DNA of 59,339 nt, filler included, from Catajapyx aquilonaris (Eukaryota): the NCBI GenBank assembly GCA_000934665.2. It is 4 parts of 4 records of this genome, joined end to end, with 100 filler letters (N's around TTAATTAATTAA, not from the genome) between each part and the next. Parts side by side here need not be neighbours in the genome. Positions count along the whole stretch, not along the records: positions 29,658 to 44,458 come from JYFJ02007701.1; positions 44,559 to 59,339 come from JYFJ02007702.1; 2 more parts are not named here. One strand, written 5' to 3'. The notes under the pieces are model-generated. The model ran no database searches. It was not told where the DNA came from and saw nothing but the letters and a program-made list of their open reading frames with translations. Position 1 is the first letter of the stretch. Every line of letters begins with the position of its first letter. This document shows positions 37,762 to 50,458 of this stretch, piece after piece. The position numbers were made by a program, and so were the translations under genes.

Positions 37762-37803
37762 ATAAATTTCTATCAGGTCCTATAGGACCTGATAGAAATT
37801 TAT
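37762..37803. repeat. Perfect 42-bp palindrome
   Basis: ATAAATTTCTATCAGGTCCTA|TAGGACCTGATAGAAATTTAT. Confidence 0.97.
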
Positions 37804-40800
37804 TGATTCCCGATTTGTTTCATCTGACTATTCAGATAGGATGAACCGGACAGAAAAAGGGACACTCGACGGTCAAGTTTTGGCTAGAGGAGGATGCTGA
37901 TACAGTATGATTATTTCCATCCAAATGTGACAGAGATAAGCCTCTTCCGCGAGCTGTATGATATTTATAGAATAACGGATAATGTCATCCACATACGCCC
38001 GAGGTGGGATTAAAACCAGTGCTTTCAGACTGCAAGGTACGTTATCTGCTAATTAAAGTTAATCTTAGCACATCATTTGCTGCAGTATATGTTAATACTG
38101 TAATAATGTGAGGAGAGTTTTTGTATAGATTCTCTTTGTATTCGGCTTGATTTTCTCAGGATTCTTCCTCCTACATAAAAATCCATCAATAGCGTAGTGA
38201 TTGTAATAAATTCGAGATAATTAAAAAGTATCCCTCGGTATCCCCTAAAGGAGCTTAGCAGTCCTATCAGCGCTTGTTTTAAAATGAGCTCGTCAAAAAA
38301 GGCTCTATGAATACACATTAAAGGTCCCAGCCAGCTCAATAAGCAGAATTTACGACGCGTCGAGTCGCCAAAATTGTTAAGCTGTTCTCACTGCTTATTG
38401 TTCTCTCGTCCTGTGTTAAAATAAGTGGTGCAGGATATAGCGCCAGCAATTCGCAAGCTGCCATTAGTCTTAGCAGTTATTTTAAATACAAACATAAAAC
38501 ATGTTCTCGGTTACGTAACAAATTACTTATCCGCCTTTTCCGGGAGAATAGAAAAATTAAAAGGTTTGTAGTTTATGTACGTTATTAAGTTACTTTAGGA
38601 ACGAAAAGATTAGGTTTCCATCCACATTTCATACCAATACACTATTCTGGTTTCAACACAGACAGTGACAACAAGTAGTGTATCAAGATACGTACTCTAG
38701 GAAAACTTCGCAGAACAGTCCAGAAAACAAACATGTCGTATATAATCACGATAAAAGTGGCAACCGATATATTTCTTGTTTAAAAAAACTTTTCAATACC
38801 AAGCCTCAACTTTAACAGCCATAATGTAAGCCTTACACACTTCCAACTAGCAAACACTCCTACTGCCACAGATTGCGGCATTCAACTCCATAAAAAATTA
38901 AACGCTAACATGATACTTTTTTCGCAACTGGAGATGGTTGCCATAAGCCCTGAAAATCCCAACTCAGAGCACACTCCGCGGCTCACACCAAAGACGTCTC
39001 CGTCTATCCATCCAGAACCATTAGTTGTGAGAGACTTAATTGGGAGGCTGAACCTACTTATTTATAATGGTACTCCACCGCTCCCGACAGGTGGTGACAA
39101 AATATCACGTGATTTTTAAAAATACGACTAACACATAGACCAAAATAATGATGCTAATGTCCCTAAGCAGTCCACATTTCTGTTTCATGCTATCAAATTC
39201 AAGTAATATTTTGTGATAATTATGGTTACCCTATGTAATTTACCCTCATGTGCTGGTTCATATAATGTTGGTGCTTCTAGGTATTATGGCCGCTGGAAAA
39301 AAAATCGTAAGTTGATGGAACCCTATTAGTCACATCATCTGATCTCATTTTAGGTGAGTTTTGAACATGTTGTTAAACCAAATTGAAATGTAATAACAGC
39401 AGCATTATATCCATGTCTATGTGCATGAGCAATTACTCTAGTTTAGATGAGTGGCACTGAAAAAGTTGTAAATTTTGGCACTTAGTTTAAATTAATTACA
39501 GACGGCGAAATTGCAGAAGCCCCTAATCAGGCTCATTTTTAAGTGCCCTTTCCTCGTGATGATTTTACTCGGGTTGAATTGACTTGTGAATTATGGCGTC
39601 AGGATGAACTACTGTTATGCCCTGATGATCACGACAATATTCCTGTAGCTAGCAGAATTAGAATTTACTATTTGTTTTAAAAAATAGTTGCAAGCATGAT
39701 GATTGCAGAATACACTATATCTTAATGTACAAACTTCAATTAGAAAGCGGTTCCCTCATCTCCCCCTATCCAAGTAAACGAAAACTGAAAGCACCTTCTG
39801 AAGGGAAGGGGCTTGATGAAAAGGTCCGTTCAGGGTTTTTCAGGTAAGGCTTCCTGGAGGAATTCATTTACGTTGCCGGAGACCTGAGCGGGTGAAGGAA
39901 AAACAGTTTGATACATAATAATGCTGAAAATAAATCAGAGAATAATCAGGCTAACATATACTGTACTGTATATACTCGACAAAACAGAATGAATAATGCA
40001 AGATATATGGTTACTCCAACGACGCACTTGTTTTTCCTTACCCAATCTGAAAAGCAATATTTTATCCCCTAGCTTTTATCAAGAGAGTGCGAAGTTGATT
40101 GGATGCAGCTCATTGACGCGAGGAGACGGAGGCACGATTTAAAATCCAAAGTCAATTCCCGGTCTATTTCGTAGTCAATATCCTGTCTGGCAAGACTTCT
40201 TTAATGCCTCCTTTTACATTCGGCAGGCGTCCTGCTTTTCTTCCTTTTCCGCCACGTAACCTGCGCCAGACACAATGCGTTTTCTTCCGCAAGATTCGAC
40301 CCTCCCTGGTTGTAAAATATGCGCATGAATTAAATTCAGATTTCTAAGCAATCAAAGTAACTTCACGGCATGAAATACTCGGCTCGAACCTTGCGCCGCC
40401 GAGGTTATAAAAATAACATCAGCGCCAATTCGCAAGTCAATATTATTGGTGCAAATATTAGCTCGCACAAAGTTTGCACTGAAAATCGTCGCCACTCTCC
40501 CCATTTGTGTTGATTTTTCTCCAGCCTCTAACACTCTACACACACATTGCTTTGATACTGTAATTTATCATCATTTCCTGTCACCCATATCCGGTATGCC
40601 CGTTAGTTTTACAGACCAAGCCAGTAAATGTCTTAAGATTGACATACATATGTGTTGTCATATTGGTCAAAACGGCTGACTTTTCACGCATATGTGAGTA
40701 CAGTACCTGCCAGAAAACCCAAACAAATAGTACAAGTAAAGCGCACACAAAGGAATAAAAGGATGGGGCTTTTGCACTCCCATTTGCGTGTACCAATGCA

Positions 40801-42189
40801 AATGTGGTCCTTTGTGCATATAGTGTATGTAGCGTGTGTGTGTAGTAAGGACATCCGGAGATGTGTGGCGTGCGCAGGCGGCTAAACGTCGACGTCGGAA
40901 AAGTGCCCGCAGCGGTGTTTAAACCGCAATACCGGAATGCAGCAGGCAAAGTTTCGTGACAGCCGCGAAAAAGTTAGCGGTTGTGGGGCCCATGGCGTTG
41001 GATGAATTTTGCACGCCCAGGATTTTCTGCTGAGAGGAGAGTATGCTGCTGCTTATTTATTTAGGGGTCCAGAAGTGGCAATTTTTAATCGCCTGACAAA
41101 AAGGGCAAGGTCATCATCGGGCTTTCTGGCGACACTCACTCCCCTGAATGCTTTCTTTTTAATGCATGTCACCTGGTAAGTACCTGCTAGTTCTCATTTG
41201 CTACAACGTTATGCCCCTAAAAGCGCGACTGTATTATAATGCAAGCAACTCCATACTGTACGACCATTACGTACATGATGGACTATAGCAAAGGTATTGG
41301 TTGACCGAGGTACAGTGCTCTGTAAGGTATGAGGTGGCAGCACTATCAGGTTTGTCCATTTCTGTCTTGAAGGGAAGGAAGGGCATCAAAGTGGATCTGA
41401 TGAGGATGGCCCCCTCATGGAAGAAGTGTACAGATCCTATGCCATATTGTCAAGGTTCTTCGGTGTCTTTTTGACCAGTAATTAATAGAGACCGAGGGAG
41501 CCCATATAAGTATCTTAATGTTGAAGAAAACTAATAAAAAACACTACTCCATGAGTTAAGCGGGGTGACATGTATCTGCTTTTCGTTTGCTTTAGGGAAT
41601 AGTAGAAAGTAACATTTTCCAACATGGGTGCTGCCAGAAACCCATATCACTGCGCATTCCAGTACAACGCAGTATGGCGCATGGTTCGCATTCTAGCACG
41701 ACCTCAATGACACAATACAGGCAATCAGCGTTATATGACCCCCCGGCTATACAACATTTTCTTTTACGACCCCATTTTTTGCGGCCAGATATTTTGCTAC
41801 AGGTCTCCTGGACTCATTTAAAACCAGTATTAGCCGCCAGGTTAGAACGCTTCTTATGTTCCTTAAAGCCTGTTTGCATAGACGCGACGCGACGTCGCAC
41901 AAAATTGAGCAACATTGCTTCGAGCGCAAAATGATGTAGCGACATGGAATTACGCTTTTATGATACATGTACACTTGTACAGGTATTTACAAAAAAAAGG
42001 GGCGGCCTCCGCCCTTCAAGCGATATGCAACAATAAAAAAATCTATAAATAAAACCCATGCAAATCAACAGAGCGATGCCAACGTTACATCTTTCCTCCA
42101 AGCGCCAGAACTCGCAATGGGATTGGCTGTGAAAGCGACGGCTGACGCCTTGCAATACTACGGATGATGACAACAACAACAACAACAAC

Positions 42190-42259
<70 letters not shown>

Positions 42260-42617
42260 TGGGGAAGGCGCGGTGGCCGAGATGGTAACGTCTCGGCTTG
42301 CTGAGCGGAAGGTCCCGGGTTCGATCCCCGCCCGGGATTTCCCTTCCGCCCGCGCCTAAAGGCCCATTCACACAGTCACAGGCCGTCGACGGTTTTGGTT
42401 TTTGGTCGTGTTGACGCCGCGGACCAATCAGAGCGGGCCCTCGCGGTCGACGGTTTTGGTCTCCGCTCTTGCCGAACAGATCTGTTGATTCTCAAACTGC
42501 GACCGGCCAATAGGAGGCCGCGCTTGGGCAGCGCGCATGCGCACTGCCCAAGCGGTCATGTAAACATGAAATTGACAAATGAAGAGCAACTTGCGCAAAT
42601 TGGAACCTGAGAAAAAG

Positions 42618-42777
42618 ATGGCCACCACGGTAGATGACGGTCGGGACAAGGCCCTTATCGACGAAGTGGAGAGATGCAGCCTGCTCTACGAGGTGGGGAA
42701 GGCCGAGTATCGGAACAAGGGGAAGAGGGAGAAGGCGTGGTACGAGGTGGGCAAAAGCCCTGGGAAGACCAATACTA
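42618..42777 (+). pseudogene. MADF-domain first exon of Harbinger ORF2
   Basis: AAGATGGCC start, reading MATTVDDGRDKALIDEVERCSLLYEVGKAEYRNKGKREKAWYEVGKSPGKTNT, then a phase-1 donor A|GTAAGT. Confidence 0.85.
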
Positions 42778-42879
42778 GTAAGTTTTAATCAAATGCATTC
42801 TGAACCATGTCCTGCACATGTTCCGAGGGCCGTTCCGAGCGAATTTATATACAAACTGCGCTTGAAATAATGGCACGGT

Positions 42880-42977
42880 AGCTCACGTTGCTTCCTCTTC
42901 CTTCGAAGGACGAGAAGGACGCGGAGTAAAACCTGCTGGTGCATGTATGCAGCTGTAATGACATCCACATCCGCCAT
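42880..42977 (-). pseudogene. N-terminus of Harbinger transposase (truncated)
   Basis: AACATGGCG start next to the right TIR. MADVDVITAAYMHQQVLLRVLLVLRRKRKQR has the hydrophobic-then-basic lead typical of HARBI1-like nucleases. Confidence 0.6.
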
Positions 42978-43275
42978 GTTGCCTACGCGTATGCGGCAGC
43001 GGCACTAGCGGCAAAGACCAAAACCGGAGACGGCCTGTGTGAATGGGCCTTAAGAAGGCGTCTTGGCAACCTAGCCTTCTGGGGGACTGCACATGACCCA
43101 TTTCCGACATTGCACTTGCACCTGTGTTCCCTCCCCAAAAATCCCTATCCTTACCCCATGTCCTTTTATCCTTCCACGTTCCACCAGAGTTAGAAGAAAA
43201 ATATGAAAATTGAAGGGAAAATGGTGGTATTCCACCCCCCTATAAGGGCCTCTGGCCCTATCACGGGGTAACGTA

Positions 43276-43341
<66 letters not shown>

Positions 43342-43975
43342 TTAATAATAATAACGCAACGTATTGTCAGGATAGACATCGTCGACGTCGCCGGCCTTTC
43401 GGATCCATGCCATGCTTCTTCTATGCGTATTATCTACCACCCGCATCCGTATCATTTTGGCAGATGAATTCGTGAACACCCTGTATAATGCTATCAACAT
43501 CAATCCATATTTTTTGGTCCCCAGAGCCAACTTGAGCGATTTTTCTGTTTGCATATACCGGCCCACTGTCCATAAAGGCTGAAAGTCAAAGGAAGCCACA
43601 AATAAACAAACGTTTCTATTGCACATTGCTTCTCTGCCTCTTGAGATGGGGCAGGATTATTGCGCCCCCTGATGGCACCCTACAGGAGGCCTCACGACCC
43701 GGCTATTTGCCTGGGAAATGCATAGGAATACAAATGCCCAAGCAGGGATAGGGCGGGTAGTTGGAATGGATTATTTTATTCCCTCGTCAGTGACGTTCCG
43801 CCCTGTCGGAGAAACAGAGCTAGTGAAAGTTAATGATTAGTGCAAACCACATCAGTTGCGGCCCTAAAGTTATACAGCTACCTGCTTTATATTGGAGCCT
43901 AGAAGAAAACAAAAACTTCTTTCTCATGCGAAAAGCGTTTCGATGATTAAAGTGTGTCAGTTAAAAATAGAAACC

Positions 43976-43976
<1 letters not shown>

Positions 43977-44046
<70 letters not shown>
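43977..44046. repeat. (ATT)n microsatellite
   Basis: Direct repeat. Confidence 0.97.
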
Positions 44047-44049
<3 letters not shown>

Positions 44050-44458
44050 ACCAAACCGACCAGTAACATGACCACCACCAGCATGTTGGATTCCGCTGCA
44101 ACCACACATCTGCTGCTTTGTGCCATGTACCACAGCATCCGGATTTTGATGTCCGACTGTGCACATGACAACTGGAAATATAATTTTGTGACAGTTGTAA
44201 TACCAAGGCCGGATTGCACCGCTATTTCGCACGAAACCCCCGGGGTTACCATTGCAACTAATAATTATTGACCAACAAATGTACTATCGGGTTCAAATAC
44301 ATTTGGCCACTTTATCCTGGTCTTGAAGCAACCCTTCTCACAGACCCCACGTTAAGAAGTTGTGATCAGGTCTTGACTAAGGTGTGGGGACGGAAGTCTG
44401 TGGTTTTACTGTAGCTGTGGGGACCAGTTCCAATTGTGGGGACATTTGTCGGTCCCCA

Positions 44459-44558
44459 NNNNNNNNNNNNNNNNNNNNNNNNNNNNNNNNNNNNNNNNNN
44501 NNTTAATTAATTAANNNNNNNNNNNNNNNNNNNNNNNNNNNNNNNNNNNNNNNNNNNN
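44459..44558. other. Assembly gap spacer
   Basis: 44N-TTAATTAATTAA-44N. Confidence 0.98.
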
Positions 44559-44654
44559 ATTTTTGAAAGACGTAATTAAAGCGATTCGCCGATTTTCGTC
44601 AAAATCTGACAACCCAAGGGTCAGGGGGCTCGGTGAATTGACATGGAATGACCC
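44559..44654. mobile_element. Terminus of a young DNA transposon (identical to 14832-14927)
   Basis: 96-bp identity, ending TTGACATGGAATGACCC. Confidence 0.75.
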
Positions 44655-44783
44655 ATTAATTTCAATCAAATATAAAATATCATAATGCATGATATATCCC
44701 TTGTAACTCCCCATTTAAGGTCTTACCACATTGTTCAATCGGCATTTATTCTATTAAAATTATATTAGTTTAAGTGAGCAGTA

Positions 44784-45040
44784 GTAGACGGACACGGTGA
44801 CGTAGTGGTTATAGCGCCACAGCCTTCCACCTCTGAGGTCCCGAGTTCGATCCCCTGCTCGGACGGATACCGGTACTTATGTGGATAGAGTTTCGATGGG
44901 TTCTCTCCGCCGGTGTTCGCGTGGGTTTTCTCTAGGTTCTCCCGTTTCCTCCCACAATCAAAATCCGTCACAGCGAAGGCAATGATTAAAGACGGTTCAC
45001 GAAAATATAAGAGGCCCAAGGAGGCCTATCTCGGGGTATC

Positions 45041-45105
<65 letters not shown>
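44784..45105 (+). mobile_element. tRNA-derived SINE with a V-domain-like core
   Basis: A-box-like TGACGTAGTGG, B box AGTTCGATCCC, core GTGGATAGAGTTT...TTCTCTCCG...GCGTGGGTTTTCTCTAGGTTCTCCCGTTTCCTCCCACA, (ATT)n tail, and TSD TAAGTGAG(C/A)AGTA. Confidence 0.85.
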
Positions 45106-45107
<2 letters not shown>

Positions 45108-45604
45108 AGTGAGAAGTATGTGACTCACAAATATTTCATCCCATCTGCTATTGCCATAAAAATGAAAATTATTCTGGAAGGTTCCTAGTCCCTTCCGGGA
45201 CTCCCTTCAATGCAAACAATTGAAGGGGTCGGTGCAATACTGCCCTAACCTACCAAATGACACAAATTGAGTTTCGCGCACTTCCATATACTACACTCCA
45301 ATATCTAATAAAGTACACCGAGATTGTCCAGTTTCTGCCATTTGTCGGTGAGAAATCAAACAATGCTTTTCTTGCTGCAAGGTTATGAATGCCTTTTCTG
45401 CAGAAAAAACGCCCTAACCCTCCATCTTCAAATATGGCTGCAGGTTGCAGCCGCGAGCAGCTGTGTCTCACGAGTCGGGCTTAAATAGTGAGCTTTTCCC
45501 TGATGACACCGATGTGGTTGAGAGTACCTAAGATTCAGAGTTCGATCCTGATAATGAGGATGTGCAAAGTAGTAGTCCATTGCAGCAAAATAATCATAAT
45601 AGTT

Positions 45605-46509
45605 GGGTCATTCCATGTCAAGACAGACAACTTGGTGGCTCGACCATCTCATAATTTGATACAAAAATCATTGAAGTGTTGCCAAAAATAAAGTTAAGAG
45701 CCTCCCAGGTGAAAATCCCATGGTGATATGGCAACGTCTTTCAGCAACAATGGAGCCGGAAGGACCATTTATTTCAGGTGAAGTTATTGTTGTATACCCT
45801 CCTGTTCATATTATATCAAATGAACTGGCGTGAGATGAGGAACATTTTGGTGGCAACAGGTTAGCCTAGATTGTGAAATAAAATGCTAAAAAATAGTATT
45901 ATTGTGCAAAACGGACACATTTCATACAGTCCAATGTCATTGTTAAACACATGCTAAGCGTATGGAATTAATATGGTAGGTACATTGTCATCTGATCATC
46001 ATTAGTCATTACCACTGTAGGACAACATCAAGGTCAAGCAGACTTGGAGATAAGAAATCTGAAATGTCGGAAAAAGCCCTCTATATAGGCTACTCCACGT
46101 TATTTGATGTTGCGAGTGAACCATTCATGGTAAGTGAACAGTTCTTATACCGCTATGTTTAATATGTATGAAAAGACGCTTCTGGTAACTTAAAAATTGA
46201 CCCAGCCCCACACTGAGAAAAATGACCCCAAAGATGACCAAATTAGTGGAAAACAGACATTTCAGAAGTTTTATCTCCAAGACTGATTGACCTGTGATGT
46301 TGTCCTTCGACAATAGTAATGATCAGATGCCAATGTACCTACCATATTAATTCCACACCCTTAGCATGTGTTTAACAATGACATTGGACCATATGAAATG
46401 TGTCCGTTTTGCTCAATAATGCGAATTTTTTTAGCGTTTTTATTTTACAATCTAGGTTAAACCAGTTGCCACCAAAATGTTCCTCATCTCACGACAGTTC
46501 ATTTGATAT
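45605..46509. mobile_element. Truncated foldback element beginning with GGGTCATTCCATGTCAA
   Basis: Left TIR at 45605. Internal inverted arms at ~45813-46070 and ~46255-46509. The right TIR is missing. Confidence 0.65.
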
Positions 46510-49464
46510 CATTTATATGACCACTAAACTAACTTGTGATACGTTCTTGACCAATTTAGTTCGCATTACAAGTTGGATGCAAGAGATTCTTTGCCATTGC
46601 ATCTTTCAAAGTATCGGCACCCTACACCTACTTGAGTTATGGAGTCATGAATCAAGGGAAAGAACCGGGTCAGCAGTCACTACTACCCAATATTATATGG
46701 TAAGAGTTTTATAATAATGATCAGGATTGCAGAAAAATGCATATACCTTACGTATTAAAACATGCCGCATTATGCAATTTGATAAAGAAATCAAGGATCT
46801 GTTCAAGGTTACCCTGAGTAGCCCTGCATCCCAAACGACAAAAAATAGGCTCATCTTGTAGTGTATATTCTATTATGCACCTAGTTTTACGTTGAGTTTT
46901 CAGACAATCCAGGCATGGGCTCGTAACCATGTGGTCGACAGATTTTCAAGCCATGTCACTTGAAGATGATATCATGTGGTAAAGAAAGAGTAAGAAGGGT
47001 GTTAGCCAGCCTGTGTCACTCACTGCACTTGGTCACTGCTTACTCTTTGAACTACTACCTGCTCGTTAGCAGTGAATGCTAGCATGCTAGCTAATGACCT
47101 CATCCTGAACCAACTTTTTGGTGTCATGGTGCAGGCGTGCAGCGTTCACTAATTTATACACCGTTTGTATTTTGATATGTTCGTCTTTTACATGTTACAT
47201 TTACTATTCATTAGGCCCATTTTTAACATATAGCCATCTTAAAAACCCATCCACCCAACTTCCCCTTCTTTCTGTGACGTCAAGGGTGGCCTCTGTTGGA
47301 AACAAGCGTCGTGACTAGTGGCCAAGTCCTGTTTTCAACAGAAGCGTATCAGAAGTGTGTCTGAACCATACCAATCACACAGTATGAGACTATGAGTCAC
47401 TCAACTTTTGATGACTATACCGTGCTATTTCGTTTCTGACTCGCAGGCACACACTTGAGGTCAATAATTTTACCTTAATTTTCATTATTTAGTTTATATC
47501 ACATCAAGTTAAGCATGACAAACGATTGCTTGATGATGAAGTAATGCAAGCCAAGTTCTAGTTCATTTGTGTAGCCTACTTAAGGGAAAGTAATGGGAGT
47601 GTGTACAATAAAGAACAGTATGTTCCTGAAGAAGAAAATGGATGTGATGTCCTTTGCAAGTAATGGTTTGTGGAGCAAATAGTCACATGCCTTGGAACTC
47701 ACTCATTCTCGGAGGTCGATTTTGTGTGCGAATCGCGCACATATTTGCTAGAATTTATTTATGGCAAACAAAAAGATAGAAACGCATGCGGTTTTCGAAG
47801 AATGTCCATCAGAATCGGCCTGAATTTTATACAAAAATACCAGTTACTCCCGGGATCCATAATAATATTGAAAAAGTAACATCATTTTGACAGCCGTGTT
47901 TTTTTTTTTTTACAGGAATGAATAAATCAATAAAATTACACCTTTAAATCTCGGGAAAATACCATGTATTTTTATATTACGTGACAATTTACTTCACTTA
48001 TATTGCAAAAATTATGATTATGTCTTGTACTGTTTTGGCACAGTAATTAGAAACGTCAGGCAGTGTGGGAGCAGAGACACTAGTTGAGCAGTAGGAGGGA
48101 GGGAATGTCGTAATATGAAGCCGCACGTAGGAGCAACTGCTGTGTCGTTGGCTCCCGATGTCTCCTACAGTACTCGTGTCAAATACAGTAGCTGCAATCA
48201 CAACTACCACCCGCGCATGTGGGATAGTTGCAGTGGCTATATGTTAGCACTAAGCTTCTTATTTTTAGCAGTAAATTTTGCGTAGTTAATCTTAATGGTT
48301 ATCAAAATTATTAGCTACTAATATTCGGTTTTGTGATCACCCATAACTAAATGATGAATAGAAACCAGTAGCTCTTGTGATACGGGCTAGTTTCATCAAG
48401 GTAAATTGAGGACAAATCTCCGAATACGTATTAGTAATCAAAATAATACGGTACTACTGTAATATGTATTCAAATGCGATTTTTTTATCATTTTCGTTCA
48501 TGAAATCTGCAATAATGAAATTACGACATTGTTTCTGTGTGTTTGGTAGCTGCGTAAACCTTCATACACTACAATAATGAATTAATTGGTCTTCTGGTGT
48601 TTTATCACTCTTCACATAGAGTATAGATTTGACGGAAGCAAATATCCATCCGAACAATAATATATGACACCATGTAACTTGCTGCACTGCGCCATTTAAT
48701 TACTCTGGAAGCATTCGTGCATAAGTGATGAAATTATGATTGATATATGCGCGGATGTTGAAGTGGTGCCGGAAACTTGTTATTTCTAGAAAAGCTTTAG
48801 CTCCTTAAGTACAACGAAAAATCGACCTTCTGAAACACTTCCGTCCTGGATTTTTGCTTTAGGAGTGTAAACTCCACTTTGTCAGACAGCACCATCCATC
48901 TATGCTAAGAGCGAGGTATCAGCATATCAATCCCATCTTAACTCCACATCGTGATGCTGCACCTTTCCCACTTTTACACGCCAGAAAAAAATTACAGTAT
49001 AAAATCATTGACCGATTTGCCATAGCCTATATGATGTACGTACGCTTCCGCTGAACCCATCACGTAGACTTTCAAAACACCTCACGTCGGTCCTTAAACC
49101 TCTTCAAAAAAAGTAGCTTTTTTGGTGGAATGGACGGGGTAAATCGCGATTAGGGAACGTGCTGAAAGCGTTATCCATATCACAGTACGTGAATATCGAG
49201 GAACGATTGGATTCCACAGGGACTAGCGTGATGCCACTAAGGGGTCATGTATGAGGTCGATAACCAGTTTTTAACCCGACCGTCACACGAACTGCATATA
49301 AGTGCACCGGGATTGATGACCAGGAGCTTTTTGTACATTATTAGGAATGCAGTGTCAGTGACTGCATGATGCCCGTGACTACCAGGCTTTTTTTCGCAAA
49401 CAAAATATCAGGGGGCCAAAGAGGGGTGTGAAAAAATGTACGGTAGGCATATTTGTAGATACGT

Positions 49465-49811
49465 AGGGGGAGGCGGAGTGGTGCTGCGGTAACGTATGCG
49501 CCCACGGATGTTAAGGTCCCGGGTTCGATCCCAGCCCGGGGACACCCCCTTCATCTCGTGCAGAGTTCAGGGTCACCTCTGGCTTCGTCTCGGGTGGTAT
49601 TTCCACAGACTAAACCACCCGGGGGAGTTCACTAAAAATGGCCACATAAAGACATTGCACTGCACCTTGCACATCCCCTCCTGTCATCCTGCCCGTGGGC
49701 CCGGGCTTTAATTAAATAGGCACCATGTACTGCACAACTCAAAATACAATAAAGGTCCATGCGATATACCCCGGAAAGGGTGAAAGCATTACCCACAAAT
49801 TATTATTATTA

Positions 49812-49857
<46 letters not shown>
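49465..49857 (+). mobile_element. tRNA-derived SINE, family A, copy 2
   Basis: B box GGTTCGATCCC, (ATT)n tail, and a perfect 15-bp TSD TATTTGTAGATACGT. Confidence 0.93.
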
Positions 49858-49861
<4 letters not shown>

Positions 49862-50392
49862 TGTAGATACGTGTAATGTGTACTCAAACCAGCTATTTGA
49901 ATAACTATAATCACATAGGTTATTGACTGTATACTTCTAATTTTGGTGCAGTTCTGATGCACAGTGTAATTAATGGATGTAGTATATTTATCTGGATTTT
50001 ATCAATCCGAATCCTTAGGATTACGAAGTGGGGTAGGTTATTTAGGCTAATGCAACTGCTTTCAGACACTTGTCAAACAAATAACTACTGTATTATACAG
50101 GGAATGGAGGTAGCAAACATGTCATAGGGCGAATATTTTTATGCCTGTTGCAGGACCTAGAATAATATTATTGTCGTGCTGCAGAATTACCAGCACAGAA
50201 AAAGACTGGGTGTGCCACTCTATCCCTCGATCTCATTTAACTTATTATGAGTTATTTATCCATGATGCTAGAGCGAAAAGGGCTGCATTAGTAGCCTAAC
50301 AGTTTCCGCTCTAACACTTGCATCAACCTCCTCCCTTAAATACTGGGACAAAGTCTCTCAGGAAGCTTATGATAAATTCCAAAATTTATAAC

Positions 50393-50432
<40 letters not shown>

Positions 50433-50458
50433 GAAGAAGAAGAAGAAGAAGAAGAAGA
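50393..50458. repeat. Compound (AAT)n(AAG)n microsatellite
   Basis: Direct repeats. Confidence 0.95.

Larger units (their letters stand above)
42360..43050. mobile_element. Internally deleted PIF/Harbinger transposon
   Basis: TAA|AGGCCCATTCACACAG...CTGTGTGAATGGGCCT|TAA. It contains the starts of both Harbinger genes. Confidence 0.92.
42261..43353 (+). mobile_element. tRNA-derived SINE, family B, split by a Harbinger insertion
   Basis: A box TGGCCGAGATGG and B box GGTTCGATCCC in 42261-42359. The body resumes at 43054 and ends in (AAT)n. It directly follows another (AAC/AAT)n tract (42170-42260). Confidence 0.82.

Noticed and set aside
41390..41440. CTGATGA hammerhead-core-like motifs (also 22752, 39622, 45500)
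   Set aside because: No stem II followed by GAAA, and no closing stems could be built.
41866..41900. Harbinger-like single end TAAAGCCTGTTTGCATAGACGCGACGCGACG
   Set aside because: No partner TIR or TSD found.
42261..42340. tRNA-like sequences (also 7898, 44790, 49465)
   Set aside because: They have A/B boxes but continue into SINE bodies with simple-repeat tails, three of them with TSDs. They are not tRNA genes.
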